Below are positions 17,430-33,859 of a stretch of 64,000 nucleotides of DNA, piece by piece. A model generated the notes under the pieces. That model ran no database searches. It saw only the letters and a program-made list of their open reading frames with translations, and was not told the DNA's origin. Within the stretch, counting starts at the first letter, position 1. Each line of letters begins with the position of its first letter. Origin of the DNA: Eledone cirrhosa (taxonomy: Eukaryota); the NCBI GenBank assembly GCA_964016885.1, contig OZ024743.1:279496001-279560000 (forward strand), given 5' to 3'. The position numbers were made by a program, and so were the translations under genes.

Positions 17430-17956
17430 TTAAAATAACAGATTAAAGTTTAATCAAATAATCGCTGCTTTCACCCTTAACGGGATCTTCTGAAACTAAA
17501 AAAGTCAATGTGTGAAGACAGAAGTAAATATTTCAACAAACGTAGAAATATTCAGATGTTGTTTCTGCATGATGAATATAAGTCAATATTTGCTCTACGG
17601 TTCTTATATATCTGATATATATTTATGCTTATCGAGCCCTCTTTGGATTTTAGTCTTCAAATTTATTATTATTAGTATTTGGCTCCCTCGGTTGAACACT
17701 CTATTGACTTATATTCATCATGCAGAAACAACATCTGAATATTTCTACAACGTTTTTGAAATATTTACTTCTGCGTTCACAGATTTACTTTTTTAGTTTC
17801 AGAAGATCCCGTTAAGGGTGAAAGCAGCGATTCTTTGCTTAAACTTTAATTTGTTATTTTAATAAATATTTGCTCTACGGTTCCTATATATCTGATATAT
17901 ATTTATCCTTATCGAGCCCTCTTTGGATTTTAGTCTTCAAATTTATTATTATTACT
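17430..17956. mobile_element. Inverted PLE-end insertion, family B
   Basis: 17430-17585 is rc of 17705-17862. Tail copies at 17586-17672 and 17865-17956. Homologs at 18588-18870, 31024-31612, 4636-4735 and 41458-41542. Confidence 0.7.
17795..17845 (+). ncRNA. Hammerhead-like motif with CAGAAGA (U4A) core, family B
   Basis: agttt-CAGAAGA-tccc gttaa gggt-GAAA-gcagc gattc tttgc-TT-aaact. All three stems form. Confidence 0.55.
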
Positions 17957-17971
17957 ATATATATATATATA

Positions 17972-18152
<181 letters not shown>

Positions 18153-18278
18153 ACTGCACCAATTCTAATTTTCAATTTTTGCTGGAGCGGCAATTGCTCT
18201 GTATAATCAGTTCGTGATTATTACTGGAATTCTATAAGAATCCAGCATCTATAATTTTCAACAGGCATCGGCATGTGC

Positions 18279-18324
18279 TAAGCTCTGATGATCAGCAACA
18301 GTGTGAAACAGATCTGTCAGCTTA
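18279..18324 (+). ncRNA. Type I hammerhead ribozyme
   Basis: taagct-CTGATGA-tcagcaacagtgt-GAAAC-agatct-GTC-agctta, with palindromic stem III. Confidence 0.8.
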
Positions 18325-18481
18325 TCTCCCTTTGTTTGTTGAAAAAAGAAGTAAGTGACATAGTCACTACTAAATAATAGCGCAAGGTCTTCAAAATGTT
18401 TTTAATTAAATATACAGTATATTGCCAAATATACTCTATATATATTCATGTATACATCGCTACTTCAGGGCACCAATTCTA

Positions 18482-18558
<77 letters not shown>

Positions 18559-18587
18559 ATATATATATATTTATATTATTATACATA

Positions 18588-18870
18588 TAGTAATAATAAT
18601 AAATGTGAAGACTAAAATCCAAAGAGGGCTCGATAAGGATAAATATAAATCAAATATATAAGAACGGTAGAGCAAATATTTATTAAAATTACACTCCCTA
18701 GATATATATATATATATTTATAAAAACAACAGATTAAAGTTTAAGCAATGAATCGCTGCTTTCACTCTCAAGGGGATCTTCTGAGGTGTAGAGCTAGAGT
18801 TTCAGAAGATCCCGTTAAGAGTGAAAGCAGCGATTCTTTGCTTAAACTTTAATCTGTTATTTTTATAAAT
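18588..18870. mobile_element. Inverted family B PLE-end insertion with two U4A HHR-like motifs
   Basis: 18722-18783 is rc of 18803-18866. Tail at 18588-18690. Confidence 0.65.
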
Positions 18871-18879
18871 ATATATGTA

Positions 18880-19200
18880 TATCGAGGGGTGTAACATGAA
18901 TTACTGTAGGTTCACCCAGGTAAGCACTCGATATTTAGGTTCACGTCAGTGGCGTGGTGTGGAGCTAGACAGAATGTATTGTAATAATACAAGGACGATT
19001 TGTTAAGACTTCATTACGTTTATTGATTGGTGACGCGCGATTTGCTATTGATCAGTTCAAGGTTTGATCTTTATCATTACTGCAACAGAGGCCCGATGAG
19101 CTTTTTATTTCAAATTTGGTGCAGATCGATACTGATCGAACCTTGAGATGATCAATAGCGAAACGCGTGTCACCAAGTAATAAACGTAGTGAAGGCTTAA
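18880..19200 (+). mobile_element. Possible decayed mariner-like 5' end
   Basis: Starts TATCGAGGGGTG after TA. LQQRPDELFYFKFG...LEMI loosely resembles a mariner transposase N-terminus. Weak. Confidence 0.3.
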
Positions 19201-19212
19201 CAAATCTTCCTT

Positions 19213-19271
<59 letters not shown>

Positions 19272-19837
19272 TATTGGCGGGGTATGAAAAACCTCATATA
19301 TTTGTTGAAAAGAATTTAGATTTTCGATATTTGGAAAGCATCTACGTTTAATTAGTTTTATAATAGATTCAGTTTGCGCCGAATCAGTTATCGACACCCC
19401 GCTTCTAGAACCTCATATATGTGTTTATGTGCTTACACGAGAAAGTTTTTGCGTAATTGTATAGTGCATGTTTAGTTACAATGTATAATTCGGAATCACT
19501 TAATATGAGTGAAACTGTATATATGACTGAATCAAAAAGAGAAAGGAGAGGATAGTAAGAAACACGAAGGTACAAGTTCAGTTGGAGTTGGATAAAAAGT
19601 TCAAAGTAAGCAGATTTAGTTTATATATATTTGTTTGTGCATGTGTGTGTGCGTGCATCCATGTGTCTGAGTGTGTGTGTATGGAGGGAGGTGATATAGC
19701 ACTGGCATAATTGGTGAGGAAGAGAAATAAAAGGCATGGACATACGGATAGATAGATACTTAGATAGATAAATATATAAATAGATAAATAGAGATAAATA
19801 AATATATATATATATATACATATATATACATATATAT

Positions 19838-19957
<120 letters not shown>

Positions 19958-20252
19958 GTATAGGGAGATAGATAGATAGATAGATAGATAGATAGTGAAA
20001 GGATACATAAACGAGGGCATTAAGACCAGATGGAGACATGTGTAACCTCAATTGTCCGCGACGCCATGTTTTTTCATTATAAAATATCTCTATAGGGAAT
20101 AATATAAAATGTTTCAGTAAAATATTTCCCTTGATAAAATGCTTCCCGCCCTTAGGCTGCACAGAAAACTTTCAACTTTATAGAACAAACAAATATATAC
20201 ACGCACACAGATTCGTTTTGAAACAGACACACACACAGCATGCTGTATATAT

Positions 20253-20336
<84 letters not shown>

Positions 20337-20355
20337 GGGGGGGGTATGTGTGTGC

Positions 20356-20405
<50 letters not shown>

Positions 20406-20416
20406 ATATATATAGG

Positions 20417-20800
20417 TGTTTCTACTTTTGGCACAAGGCCAGCAATTATCCAGTGCATTACTGGTACTTTACTTTATCGTCCCCGTAAGGATGAAAGGCA
20501 AAGTTAACCTTGGAGGGATTTGAACTCAAAATGGAAAGGGCCGTAACTCTATGCGTCAAAGCATGGCGTCCGACCCTCTACCGATACTGCCAATCCACCG
20601 TGAAAATATATATAATTGTTTCTATGTTTGGCACAAGGCCAGCAATTACCCGGTACATTATGGGTACCTTATTTTATCGACCCCGTAAGGATGAAAGGCA
20701 AAGTTAACCTCTGCGGGATTCGAACTCAGAATGGCAAGGGCCGTAACTATGCGTCAAGGCATGGCGTCCGACCCTTTACCGATACTGCCAATCCACCGCC
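20417..20800 (-). mobile_element. Two tandem tRNA-derived SINE copies (~185 bp each)
   Basis: rc B-box GAGTTCRAATCCC and A-box-like TGGCAGTATCGG, with the conserved body tttatcgaccccgtaaggatgaaaggcaaag. Confidence 0.8.
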
Positions 20801-21105
20801 CGAATATATATATAATTTCAAGATAACTGGTCGAAAATAGGGTTACGCGAACAAATGCGACCGAAATGTGTGTCCCAAAGCAAATGAATATATTAATAGT
20901 TGATAGCAAATGACTCTAGAGTTTAGAAAATCGGGTAAATTCTCTATTTTTTCCGTCTGAAGGGGTATATTATCCAATTCAATGTTCGTAAATAGTATTT
21001 ATAATGATCAATGATTATGGTCATTTAGCTCTGAACAAAGTCATTTCAAACTTCAAATGTTCCTATGCTTCTCAAGTCTACCACTTAGGTTCTCTCTCTC
21101 TCCCC

Positions 21106-21173
<68 letters not shown>

Positions 21174-21479
21174 GTCACACATACACTCCTCTTCTCTCAC
21201 TCTCATGCATTTTTTCACACATATATGTGTCTACGTATGTCTGTAAAAAAAAATATGTTTTGTGTTTAAGAAACTGTTTATGGGACGTGTATTCAAATTG
21301 CTACTATGTGTGTAATTTCATACCATTACTTTCATGTACATATTTTTACATGCACACATATGTACAAACATATTTAACCAACTGGATTAACCGCATTTTG
21401 TACATTTGTTAATGTTTAAGTTTATATTGAGACATGTATTCCATATTTTATGAATGTAACATGTAAATGTCAAATCATG

Positions 21480-21590
<111 letters not shown>

Positions 21591-21618
21591 GCAGGACCCC
21601 GATGGCTGAGCTCCGGTC

Positions 21619-21850
21619 AGTAGAATGAGCCCCTCATTCTCGCTCTAGTGTTGGCATATAAAACAGAACTCCAGACACTAATGTTTCTCGGTCCCTCATT
21701 CTGATGAAGTGTAATCACCCCAAAACACTATGTCTGCAGTTCTGTTTACATACCAACACAAAAGCGAGAATGAGGGGCTCATTCTACTGACTGGGTTTTT
21801 AAAAGAGGCTGCTTGCATAATTGCAAATAAATCTAATATTATTATTAATA
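21619..21850. mobile_element. Inverted PLE-end insertion with degenerate HHR
   Basis: 21619-21687 is rc of 21722-21790. CTGATGA-agtgtaatcac at 21701. Confidence 0.55.
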
Positions 21851-22285
21851 TTCGAAAAACTCAGATTATATTTATTGTATTTAGCCATGTAGAGCGATAA
21901 AAAGTTGTTATTTTGAATATGGGGAAGCCAGCCATTAGTCGCTCGTATACATGAAACTGGCTGGCCAATCTGTTGATATGCAAATCTGGTTGATTAGTGG
22001 ATCTGATAATATGCAAATCAGGCCGATAAGTCGCTGTATATTTCAGAAAACATATTTTCATTACCTCTGACAGTTGGCAGGGAAACATTAAACTGCACGG
22101 ATGAACTTGTTTATAGAATTCTTTCTGCCTTTGTCACTCTAAATATAAATTATAGCTTTAAAGAATTACATTTTAAAGAATTCTCTTTTCTTTAAACCCA
22201 TCAACAACGACCTCCATTGATCCCAATCCCCATCCTCTCCTATCACCAGAAAATATATAAATACCACCATATATACTTGGACAGT

Positions 22286-22337
22286 CAGCTTCCTGATGAT
22301 TTCTCACGAATGAAACAGTTCTAGTCCTGTAGAAGCT
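22286..22337 (+). ncRNA. Probable hammerhead ribozyme (imperfect stem I)
   Basis: gcttc-CTGATGA(22293)-tttc tcac gaat-GAAAC-agttcta-GTC-ctgtagaagc. Confidence 0.45.
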
Positions 22338-22417
22338 TTTCTATATTAAACATGTATACTCTGTTTTGTATTGAATACCTTTCTTACTGTGGTTACCCGC
22401 GATTGAACCCGGGATGA

Positions 22418-25170
<2,753 letters not shown>

Positions 25171-25189
25171 ATATATATATATATATATC

Positions 25190-25570
25190 TTTATCCAAAA
25201 TTAAGATAAATTAAAGGAATTTAATCTAAATCAATATTATGGGTGTCATGCCAGAAAGACATGCGCCATATCACCCGGAAAATAAGCTCTAAGATTCTAA
25301 TGAGTAGGTCAGAGCATTTTATAATAACTAGAAATTGATTAACATATAAATAAACATGAATAATCACAGGAGATAATTTTTACAAGTGTGTAACGACACA
25401 TAGCTAGGTAGGTGACTAAATAAAGTTGACCAGAACTTCAAAAATAGATACATTTTTGAAGTTCTGGTCAACTTTATTTAGTTACCTACCTAGCTATGTG
25501 TGGTTACACACCTGTAATAATTATCTCCTGTGATTATTCATGTTTATTTATATGTTAATCAATTTCTAGT

Positions 25571-25575
<5 letters not shown>
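25190..25575. mobile_element. Fold-back (palindromic) insertion in (TA)n
   Basis: 25320-25444 is rc of 25453-25575, with a longer tail on the left arm. Confidence 0.6.
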
Positions 25576-25640
<65 letters not shown>

Positions 25641-26141
25641 GTATATATTTATATATATGTCAGGTCACGCTTGAGTGCTACTGGTAACATCTAAACCAGT
25701 AAAACCTGTCGCATGGTCGGGTCGTTGGTAAGGGCAGGACAAAGGGACAAAGGGCAGAAGAACTCATAAGAATCAACGGCTATACAAACATGTGTAAATA
25801 TGTATATACACATGTACATATGTATGTGTATGCGTGTGTATATGCCTGGGGTGTCAGGGAGGGGCATATACCGGGGGGGGGTAGCCATGCCCTTTTCAGG
25901 ACAGCTCGTCCTCCATTGGGTCCCACCTCACACTCACCTCTCACCTATGGCCCCAAGAAGCTGTAGCATGCGACAGCGGCCAGACCTCGGTAAACCGCAT
26001 TGGCTGGCGGACCGAACAAGGTTGAGGGTAGCCGGACGGGTCTGAAACACCCCGGTGAGTTAGATAGGGGATGTCTGCCCCTGCATGCGAAGACTGGACC
26101 CGGCAGAGTGAGTGAAGGCGGACAACATAATGCCAATATAA

Positions 26142-26221
<80 letters not shown>

Positions 26222-26294
26222 GATATAGATATATATATGTATATATATATATGTATATATATATATATGTATATATATGTATATATATATATAG

Positions 26295-26329
<35 letters not shown>

Positions 26330-26339
26330 TATATGAGTA

Positions 26340-26660
26340 AACATATATATTCACTCAAAGTTTGTGTCTTGGTTGGTGTCTCACCAAATTTAAGTTGTGC
26401 AATGTAAATGATTGTATGTAAATGTAATCATTGGTTACAGTGTGATGTTGTAATCTTAATGTTTCTTTCAACAAGCTGTTAATCTGTATATGCGTGTGGT
26501 GCGCAGGTTGAGGAGTTCTACATGTGGGTATTTTCATGCAGGGTCAGAAGGTCTGATGAGACGGTGCCTCGTGGTGGGGGCCTCCAGTTGGATAAAAATC
26601 GGGTCTTTTTTTGCAAGCATGATCTGATTATTTCTGTCTTTGAATTTAGATATATATATC
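26340..26660 (-). pseudogene. Decayed Neptune-like PLE linker/GIY-YIG fragment
   Basis: rc PCMKIPTCRT...HIQ...DYIYIQSF...NLVRHQP resembles a CxxPxCxTC linker followed by the GIY-YIG start. Confidence 0.4.
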
Positions 26661-27103
26661 TGATAAATTAAAGAGGCACCTTCCTTCGTCACTATAGAAG
26701 ACAAAACACTTTAATAAATTTGAAAAAATTTGCTACAGATAGATTTGCCTCCACTGCTTCAAATATAAAGATCTCCACTGTTCGTAGGAAGAATTAATTG
26801 CGGGATAACTACTTCCTACTTCATATCTTTGTCCCCATGACAGAGTGAAGGGCCAGTTTAAAAGTGCCTCCTACAATATACAAGTGTGGTCATGACTGGA
26901 CCCCGAAACCAATGGTTGCACATATATGTTTAGTGTATGAAACTGTATATATTATATAAGCTCTCTTGCAACAGACTGAGCACTTGTTTCCTTGATCTGT
27001 CATCTACGGATTTCTACCAATATATATATATATATTGTAAAGTGAAATGACAGGAAGCCAGGAGGCCAAATATGTTGAATTTCCTTATTTTTTATTACTC
27101 TAA

Positions 27104-27161
27104 ACACTATGCACATTTCAGTGACCAGGTTGCGTAAGAACCCGTTGACATCTTCAGATGT
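27104..27161 (-). ncRNA. Type I hammerhead ribozyme
   Basis: rc: acat-CTGAAGA-tgtcaacgggtt...aacctggtcact-GAAA-tgtgcaTA-gtgt. Confidence 0.65.
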
Positions 27162-27687
27162 AAATTGCGTAATAGATGCATACCAACGGAATGGAGGTAG
27201 ACTTTAAGGAAAAGCACAGAAAAAGTAGAGGAAAAAAATAATGTTTATGCCTCCGACTCAGAGAGGAAGGAGCCATCATGCTTCCACACTGCTCTCTCCA
27301 CTCGACTATATATATATAGTCGACATGATTCTATAATAATTGAATAATAATTTATGAATAAATTGAGTAATATAGTTCTGGAAAGGAAAATGTTGGAAAG
27401 AAGCGACTGGGGTCAATCTAACTAGGCTTCTTTTGTATACTGGATGAGATGATTACCCATAGAATCAGGAGCCTCTGCTCATGTTTTGTTACTTCCGTTT
27501 GGTATTTGTAGAAGACAAGGCTTCATTATCTATGTCTATAAATCATACATGCATACATATCCCTTAAATATTTACAAACTTCGTATAGATACATCAGTGT
27601 ATGAATGTGTGTTTGTATTTAAGCATGACTATATATATTTATCTTTATGTATGTGTGATTATGTGTAGCCATTATCTATATACAGAG

Positions 27688-27876
27688 GGTCGGTGGATTG
27701 TCAGTATCGGTAGAGGGTCAGACACCATGCTTTCCAGCATAGTTACGTCCCTTTACGATCTGAGTTCAAATCCCGCCGAGGTTGACTTTGCCTTTCATCC
27801 TTACGGGGTCAATAAAATAAAGTACCAGTAATGCACTGGATAATTGCTGGCCTTGTGCCTAAAAGTAGAAACAATT
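27688..27876 (+). mobile_element. tRNA-derived SINE
   Basis: B-box ctgagttcaaatccc; same family as 20417-20800. Confidence 0.8.
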
Positions 27877-28898
27877 ATCTATACACAGTATATATATATA
27901 TACAGAGATAGAGAGAAATAGTGTGAGATGTGTGTCTTTATGTGTGTATGTTTGTGTGTGTATGTGTGTGTTCATGCACATTATGATTTTGCATATGTGA
28001 CGCCGTACTCAAACTTACATATTTTCATTCATTGAATATAAATGCAAAGAATATTTTATTTACATATTTTGTGTAGATATATACACTTGCATTAAACGTA
28101 TAAATATTTATCTGAAATTCGTTCTATTGAATATAACCATGCCCATGTTTAGCACGGCCTCTTGTGGTTAAACGACAAGCAAGCTAAGAAGATGAAAGAA
28201 ATGGAAACTGAGAAGGTGAAAAGAATTCCTAAAGACGTGACATATCATTAGCGCCTTCCCGCTAATAAACTGGCTTTTCCGCTCGCTAACTGAAACCCTT
28301 GCCGTTTATGACTTGTGAAGCCTAACACTTTACGTTAATTATCGAGGGATTTCTTTATAAACTTTGGTGTCTCAATTGACTATAGATATAAAAACATAAT
28401 CAGCAATTATAGCTATCGTTATCCTGTTGAATGCTCTGTTTGCGGGCGTGTGCTTCTATAATGTCATGGTGTCTATGAGAATGGATTTTAGTGAGTTCTT
28501 GAAATACCGTCACTTCTGTGGACTAGGTTACAATGAAAGAAAATGTAACGCTTTCTATAAGTGGAATCGAAACAGAATAGCCGCTAGTCTTTAGCGGAAA
28601 GTTATTAGTATTTTTCAAAACTCCATAGAAATTTTTTTTATTAACTGATAACGTGGTCGTGACGATGATGACGACGATGACGAAGGTGATGATGATGATG
28701 ACGATAATCATCATAACAATGATGCAAATGATTAGAATTGTAGAAATGTATTTTATATGATGGGAGGTACAGTACCTTTAAAGATTGTGTGAGTTTATTT
28801 CTGTCTCCTTTAAGTAATTTTAACATTTTCTTCTTGAAGACCTTGTTCTATCATCATTGTGTGTGTTATTATGTCTGGTGACTTGGTTTTCTCTCCCA

Positions 28899-28984
<86 letters not shown>

Positions 28985-28987
<3 letters not shown>

Positions 28988-30915
28988 ATCATCAACATCA
29001 ACATCACTTGTATTATTATTATTGTTGTTGTTGTTAGTTGTGGTAGTCGACATGGTCGTAGTCATAGTCATAGTAGAAGTAATACCCTAAGCATTATTAT
29101 TGTTCATTTAGCTTGGGTTGGAATTTATCAATAAAATTCTTTTCTTTAATTTTTCTCTTGATTTCACTTGGGCTGTGTAGTTTGTAGATTGGAAATATTA
29201 TAAATATTTTCTTACCACATGTTGCTAGATGGTTACTCAGGGGTATCTGACGGACATTTGGTCTCTGATTTGCTGTCGTTGCACCTGTGCACGTTCCGAT
29301 AGTGCATTTCCAGTTTGACCGACATATAGTTCTTCACAATTCGGGCATTTAATGCAGTAAATTTCTGCTTTTGCAGTTCATATTTGCATTTGGGAATATT
29401 TTTCCAGTTTTTGTGTTCATATATTGACCAGTATGTATGAACTGACATGTGCCACATTGATTATCATTGCATTTAGATACAGAAGTTTTGTTTTCTTATG
29501 TTAAGAAATGTTTTCCATGTCTTCCACATTTCTTTTCTTATTCGATGTGTTTCGTTTTCCAGAAGAATTTGTACCGTTGTAGAAGATACGAATACCAGGA
29601 ACAAACGCCTAACAGAACTGAGAGAATTTTTGCTCAAACAAAAATACTCATCTCTACTTATAGAAAATGGCATACAGCGGGCTATAAAAATATCTATACA
29701 ACTTAGGGCAACCCAAGGAAGATGAAACCAAGAACTGGTCATACCATTTATAATGACACACAACCCATGTCACCAGAATATCTTCAACACTGCCAAAGCA
29801 AACCTATAGATCATTGCTCAAAGTAATGAATTAAAAGGTTTAATCACAGCCCGAGCTTTGATTCTTAGTAAAAGACAGCCGAAAAATTTGAAGCAATTAC
29901 TAACAAAGGCAAAGTTTGACCTTAACAACAAAGACCAATTATTCACTGTATCTAAATGCAATGATAGTCAATGTGGCACATGTGAGTTCATACATATTGG
30001 TAAAAAACTGGAAAAACATTCCCAAATGCAAAAATGAACTGCAAAAGCAGAAATCTAATTTACTGCATTAAATGCCCGAATTGTGAAGAACTATATGTCG
30101 GTCAAACTGGAAATGCACTATCGGAACGTGCACGGTGCAACGACAGCAAATCAGAGACCCAAATGTCCGTCAGATACCACTGAGTAACCATCTAGCAACA
30201 TGTGGTCAGAAAATATTTATAATATTTCCATTCTACAAACTACACAGCCCAAGTGAAATCAAGAGAAAAATTAAAGAAAAGAATTTTATTGATAAATTCC
30301 AACCCAAGCTAAATGAACAATAATATTGTTTAGGGGTATTACTCCTACTATGACTACGCCTACGACCATGTCGACTACCACCACTAACAACAACAATAAT
30401 AATAATAAAAGTGATGTTGATGTTGATGATTACTGAAGATATTTTATAAAAAGCCTAGAAAATGCTATTTTCATTATTTCTAAAAATAGCAAAACAATTG
30501 ATGCTTTGAATATGGGCAAATAGAAGTCGTTAGACATGCTCGACCAACCGTCACGCCTAAACCAATCAGCTTTAGTAATCTAGTGAAACCACACACCGAT
30601 TGGTCGAAATACAATTTGCAAAACTTAGCATTCTTTAGCCCCTTTTTACTGTATATAAGGCACAGATTTTAGCCATCTCAATACAGTTGAAAATTGCAAA
30701 CGTGACTGTCACCACTGAATATGAACCTGAAGATTGCGAACGCATGAAAGTACTTGTTCAATTAACATTTAACATTTAATATTCTACCATACTATTTCAT
30801 TATAATATCATTATAATTTTAAAGGATTGTAAATAAAACGAGTAAATAAGACAAAGTTGAAATTCCTTTTATTAATATAATCTTCTATACACAATCATAC
30901 TACACCCGTGTATAT
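28985..30915 (+). mobile_element. Neptune-like PLE fragment with inverted 5' arm
   Basis: SKCNDSQCGTCEFI and LIYCIKCPNCEELYVGQTGNALSER (~29950-30130). 28985-29415 is rc of ~30010-30430. Confidence 0.85.
30722..30760 (+). ncRNA. Type I hammerhead ribozyme
   Basis: tgaac-CTGAAGA-t tgcg aa cgca t-GAAA-gtacTT-gttca. Confidence 0.85.
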
Positions 30916-30942
30916 TTATTTATATCTATATATCTCTATCTC

Positions 30943-31023
<81 letters not shown>

Positions 31024-31024
<1 letters not shown>

Positions 31025-31612
31025 TAGTAATAATAATAAATTTGAAGACTAAAATACAAAGAGGGCTCGATAAGGATAAATATATATCAAATATATAAGA
31101 ACCGTAGAGCAAATATTTATTAAAATAACAGATTAAAGTTTAAGGAAAGAATCGCTGCTTTCACCCTTAACGGCATCTTCTGAAACTAACAAAGTCAATC
31201 TGTGAACGCAGAAGTGAATATTTCAAAAAACGTTGCAACCGGAGGAAGACAGGAAGACGATACTTTGGTTCGTGGAAACGTTCCTTGGCAATAACGGGAA
31301 AAAACGAATATATTACGTCATTATTTGTAGCGGTGAAAAACAATTACACGCAAAGACAAAACCACGTTTATGGTATAAAAGAAGTCGTAGACTAATATTC
31401 TATCAGGTGGTTCATGGAGACGTTCTCTGGCAATGAACGGAAAACACGAAGATAATACGTCATATGTGGAGCGTGGAGAACAATTATACGCAAAGACAAA
31501 ACCATGAAATATTCACTTCTGCGTTCACAGATTGACTTTGTGAGTTTCAGAAGATCCCGTTAAGGGTGAAAGCAGCGATTCTTTGCTTAAACTTTTATCT
31601 GTTATTTTAATT
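31024..31612. mobile_element. Inverted family B insertion with U4A HHR-like motifs (31137-31187 minus, 31543-31593 plus)
   Basis: 31120-31224 is rc of 31505-31611. Internal ~140-bp imperfect direct repeat. Confidence 0.7.
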
Positions 31613-31653
31613 AATAAATATATATATATATATATAGTTATATAGTTATATAG

Positions 31654-31693
<40 letters not shown>

Positions 31694-31828
31694 AAGTTTA
31701 ACCTCAACGGCAGTGTTCAAGCCGTTTCGACGGCTATTTCTGGAAATAGCGGTTGGAACTATATCTATTTCCCACTATCGAAATTATATCTATCTCCCAC
31801 ACACACACACACTCTCTCACTCTCTCAA

Positions 31829-32008
<180 letters not shown>

Positions 32009-32009
32009 A

Positions 32010-32566
32010 ATACTATTAATAATGAGTTCAAATCTCAGGTAGTCCTTTACAATGAAATAGCTCAAAGAAAGAAGTATTTCTGTGCCGTGTAATACAAGTT
32101 AATATAAATTAATATATTTGATAAATACAAATACCAACATATCCATGTTTGTATTGTAAATGACTAAGTTAGCTAGATTGAAAAATACTAATTATAATAA
32201 TACAGTTTGCCTGTCTCGATTTAAAATAATAAATCAATAAAAACAAAGTATATTGGCAAATGGCCGTGGTGCTTGGACAAATTTAAATTTCAAAATCAAA
32301 CCTGTTCCGTAGACTGGTTTAAACCTTAAAATCCAAATAAGTTTCGAAAAATGAAAGTGAAAGAATACAGCATTTCTATCTCCTCAGCAAGCACCAGAAA
32401 AATTGGTATGTTTCACTTCAAAATATTTAAAAAGACTGTTTAACGCACATGGTTTTTCACACATGGTTATCCAGTGTCTAGCTACCACAGTCATTTACAA
32501 TACAAACATGGATATGTTGGTATTTGTGTTTATCAAATATATTAATTTATATTAACTTGTATTATA
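32010..32566. mobile_element. Inverted terminal insertion in (TA)n
   Basis: 32090-32165 is rc of 32490-32565, with a longer tail on the left. Confidence 0.5.
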
Positions 32567-32958
32567 TATATAAATATATATATAAATATATATATATATA
32601 TATCGCTGGCTGTCTTTTGTTTGTTTATTTGTTTGTTTGTTTTACTACTGGTCATCTCTGCGAGTAACGTCACCGTTACAACGGACATTTCGGAGGAACC
32701 TCCTTTCGGCCGCTTGTATTCGCGATAGTATTCCTTCTGTTATTAGCCAAGATTCACGAACATAACTAAGGGTTGGCACCAATAATGTATCGAAGTTTGC
32801 TAGTTTGGCAGTTACGGGCTACACCATGTCTTCTGATTACTGAATACTGAAGCTTGCGCACTACTGCTACAGCTTTTGCAATTCTTGCACTTAATTCATC
32901 CTCCTGCCTTCCATCACATTTGAACACGGGCTCGGGATAGTGAACTTCTCCACCTTTT

Positions 32959-32989
<31 letters not shown>

Positions 32990-33126
32990 AAGAAGAAGAA
33001 GAAGAAGAAGAAGAAGAAGAAGAAGAAACACTCATTCATTTATATATTTATCTTATCCATTCCACCTTTTTTATACCTCCCTACTACCACTTTCATTACA
33101 GGTAATGTTTCTTCCCCATACATACA

Positions 33127-33210
<84 letters not shown>

Positions 33211-33213
<3 letters not shown>

Positions 33214-33670
33214 GATCGGAACAAGTAATCATCAAATAATCTTTTAAATAAATTAAAAAATGATTTAAATATTCAACTGTTCTATTGCCGTTACCGACGG
33301 TTTCACTAATTAGATCTTCAGACAGCTATTTCCATACTATAAGGGTATAAAGCCTCATAGTAAGTTAATATTTCGCTTCCTGTCCGTTGCATGCGATCAA
33401 GCCGTTAAAGTGACTCACACACAAAAATAGGCCATGTGTAAAAGTGGGATATTATAAACATGTTGATCATGCCGCTAAAAATAGCAGCGCGATACAACGG
33501 TTTGTTCTCTACATATAGGAGGAAAATTATAAAAGGGTATGTATATTCCAACAGGCACTAAGTACCTACAGAAATATGCATGGTGTTTATAATAGTTGTG
33601 GTTCGATGGTACTAATTTGAGATACCAGAACTATAAAAATGAGCGGAACAAGTAATCATCAAACAATCAA
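33211..33670 (-). mobile_element. 427-bp non-coding unit with short terminal direct repeat and HHR (retrozyme/pseudo-LTR-like)
   Basis: aatga(t/g)cggaacaagtaatcatcaaa at 33211 and 33638; flanked by (TA)n. Confidence 0.55.
33287..33326 (-). ncRNA. Type I hammerhead ribozyme
   Basis: rc: gctgt-CTGAAGA-tctaattagt-GAAAC-cgtcg-GTA-acggc. Confidence 0.8.
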
Positions 33671-33859
33671 TATATATATATATGGTGTACACAAACAGAA
33701 ACCAGCAATAAAAATGGGATACGTGACTCGACACTTTAACGATAGAAGTGATGGTGGCGATGCTGCTGCTGCTGCCACCGCCACTCCTGATGATTCCACT
33801 GTTGTTGATGATGATGATGTTGATGATAAAAATGAGGAGGGAAGGAAGATAATTGAACC

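Noticed and set aside
26552-26600. CTGATGA as a hammerhead core
   Set aside because: No GAAA or stem partners; it lies antisense within a PLE EN fragment.
27688-27790. tRNA gene
   Set aside because: A/B boxes are present but there is no full cloverleaf, and they are fused to a repeated body, so this is a SINE head.
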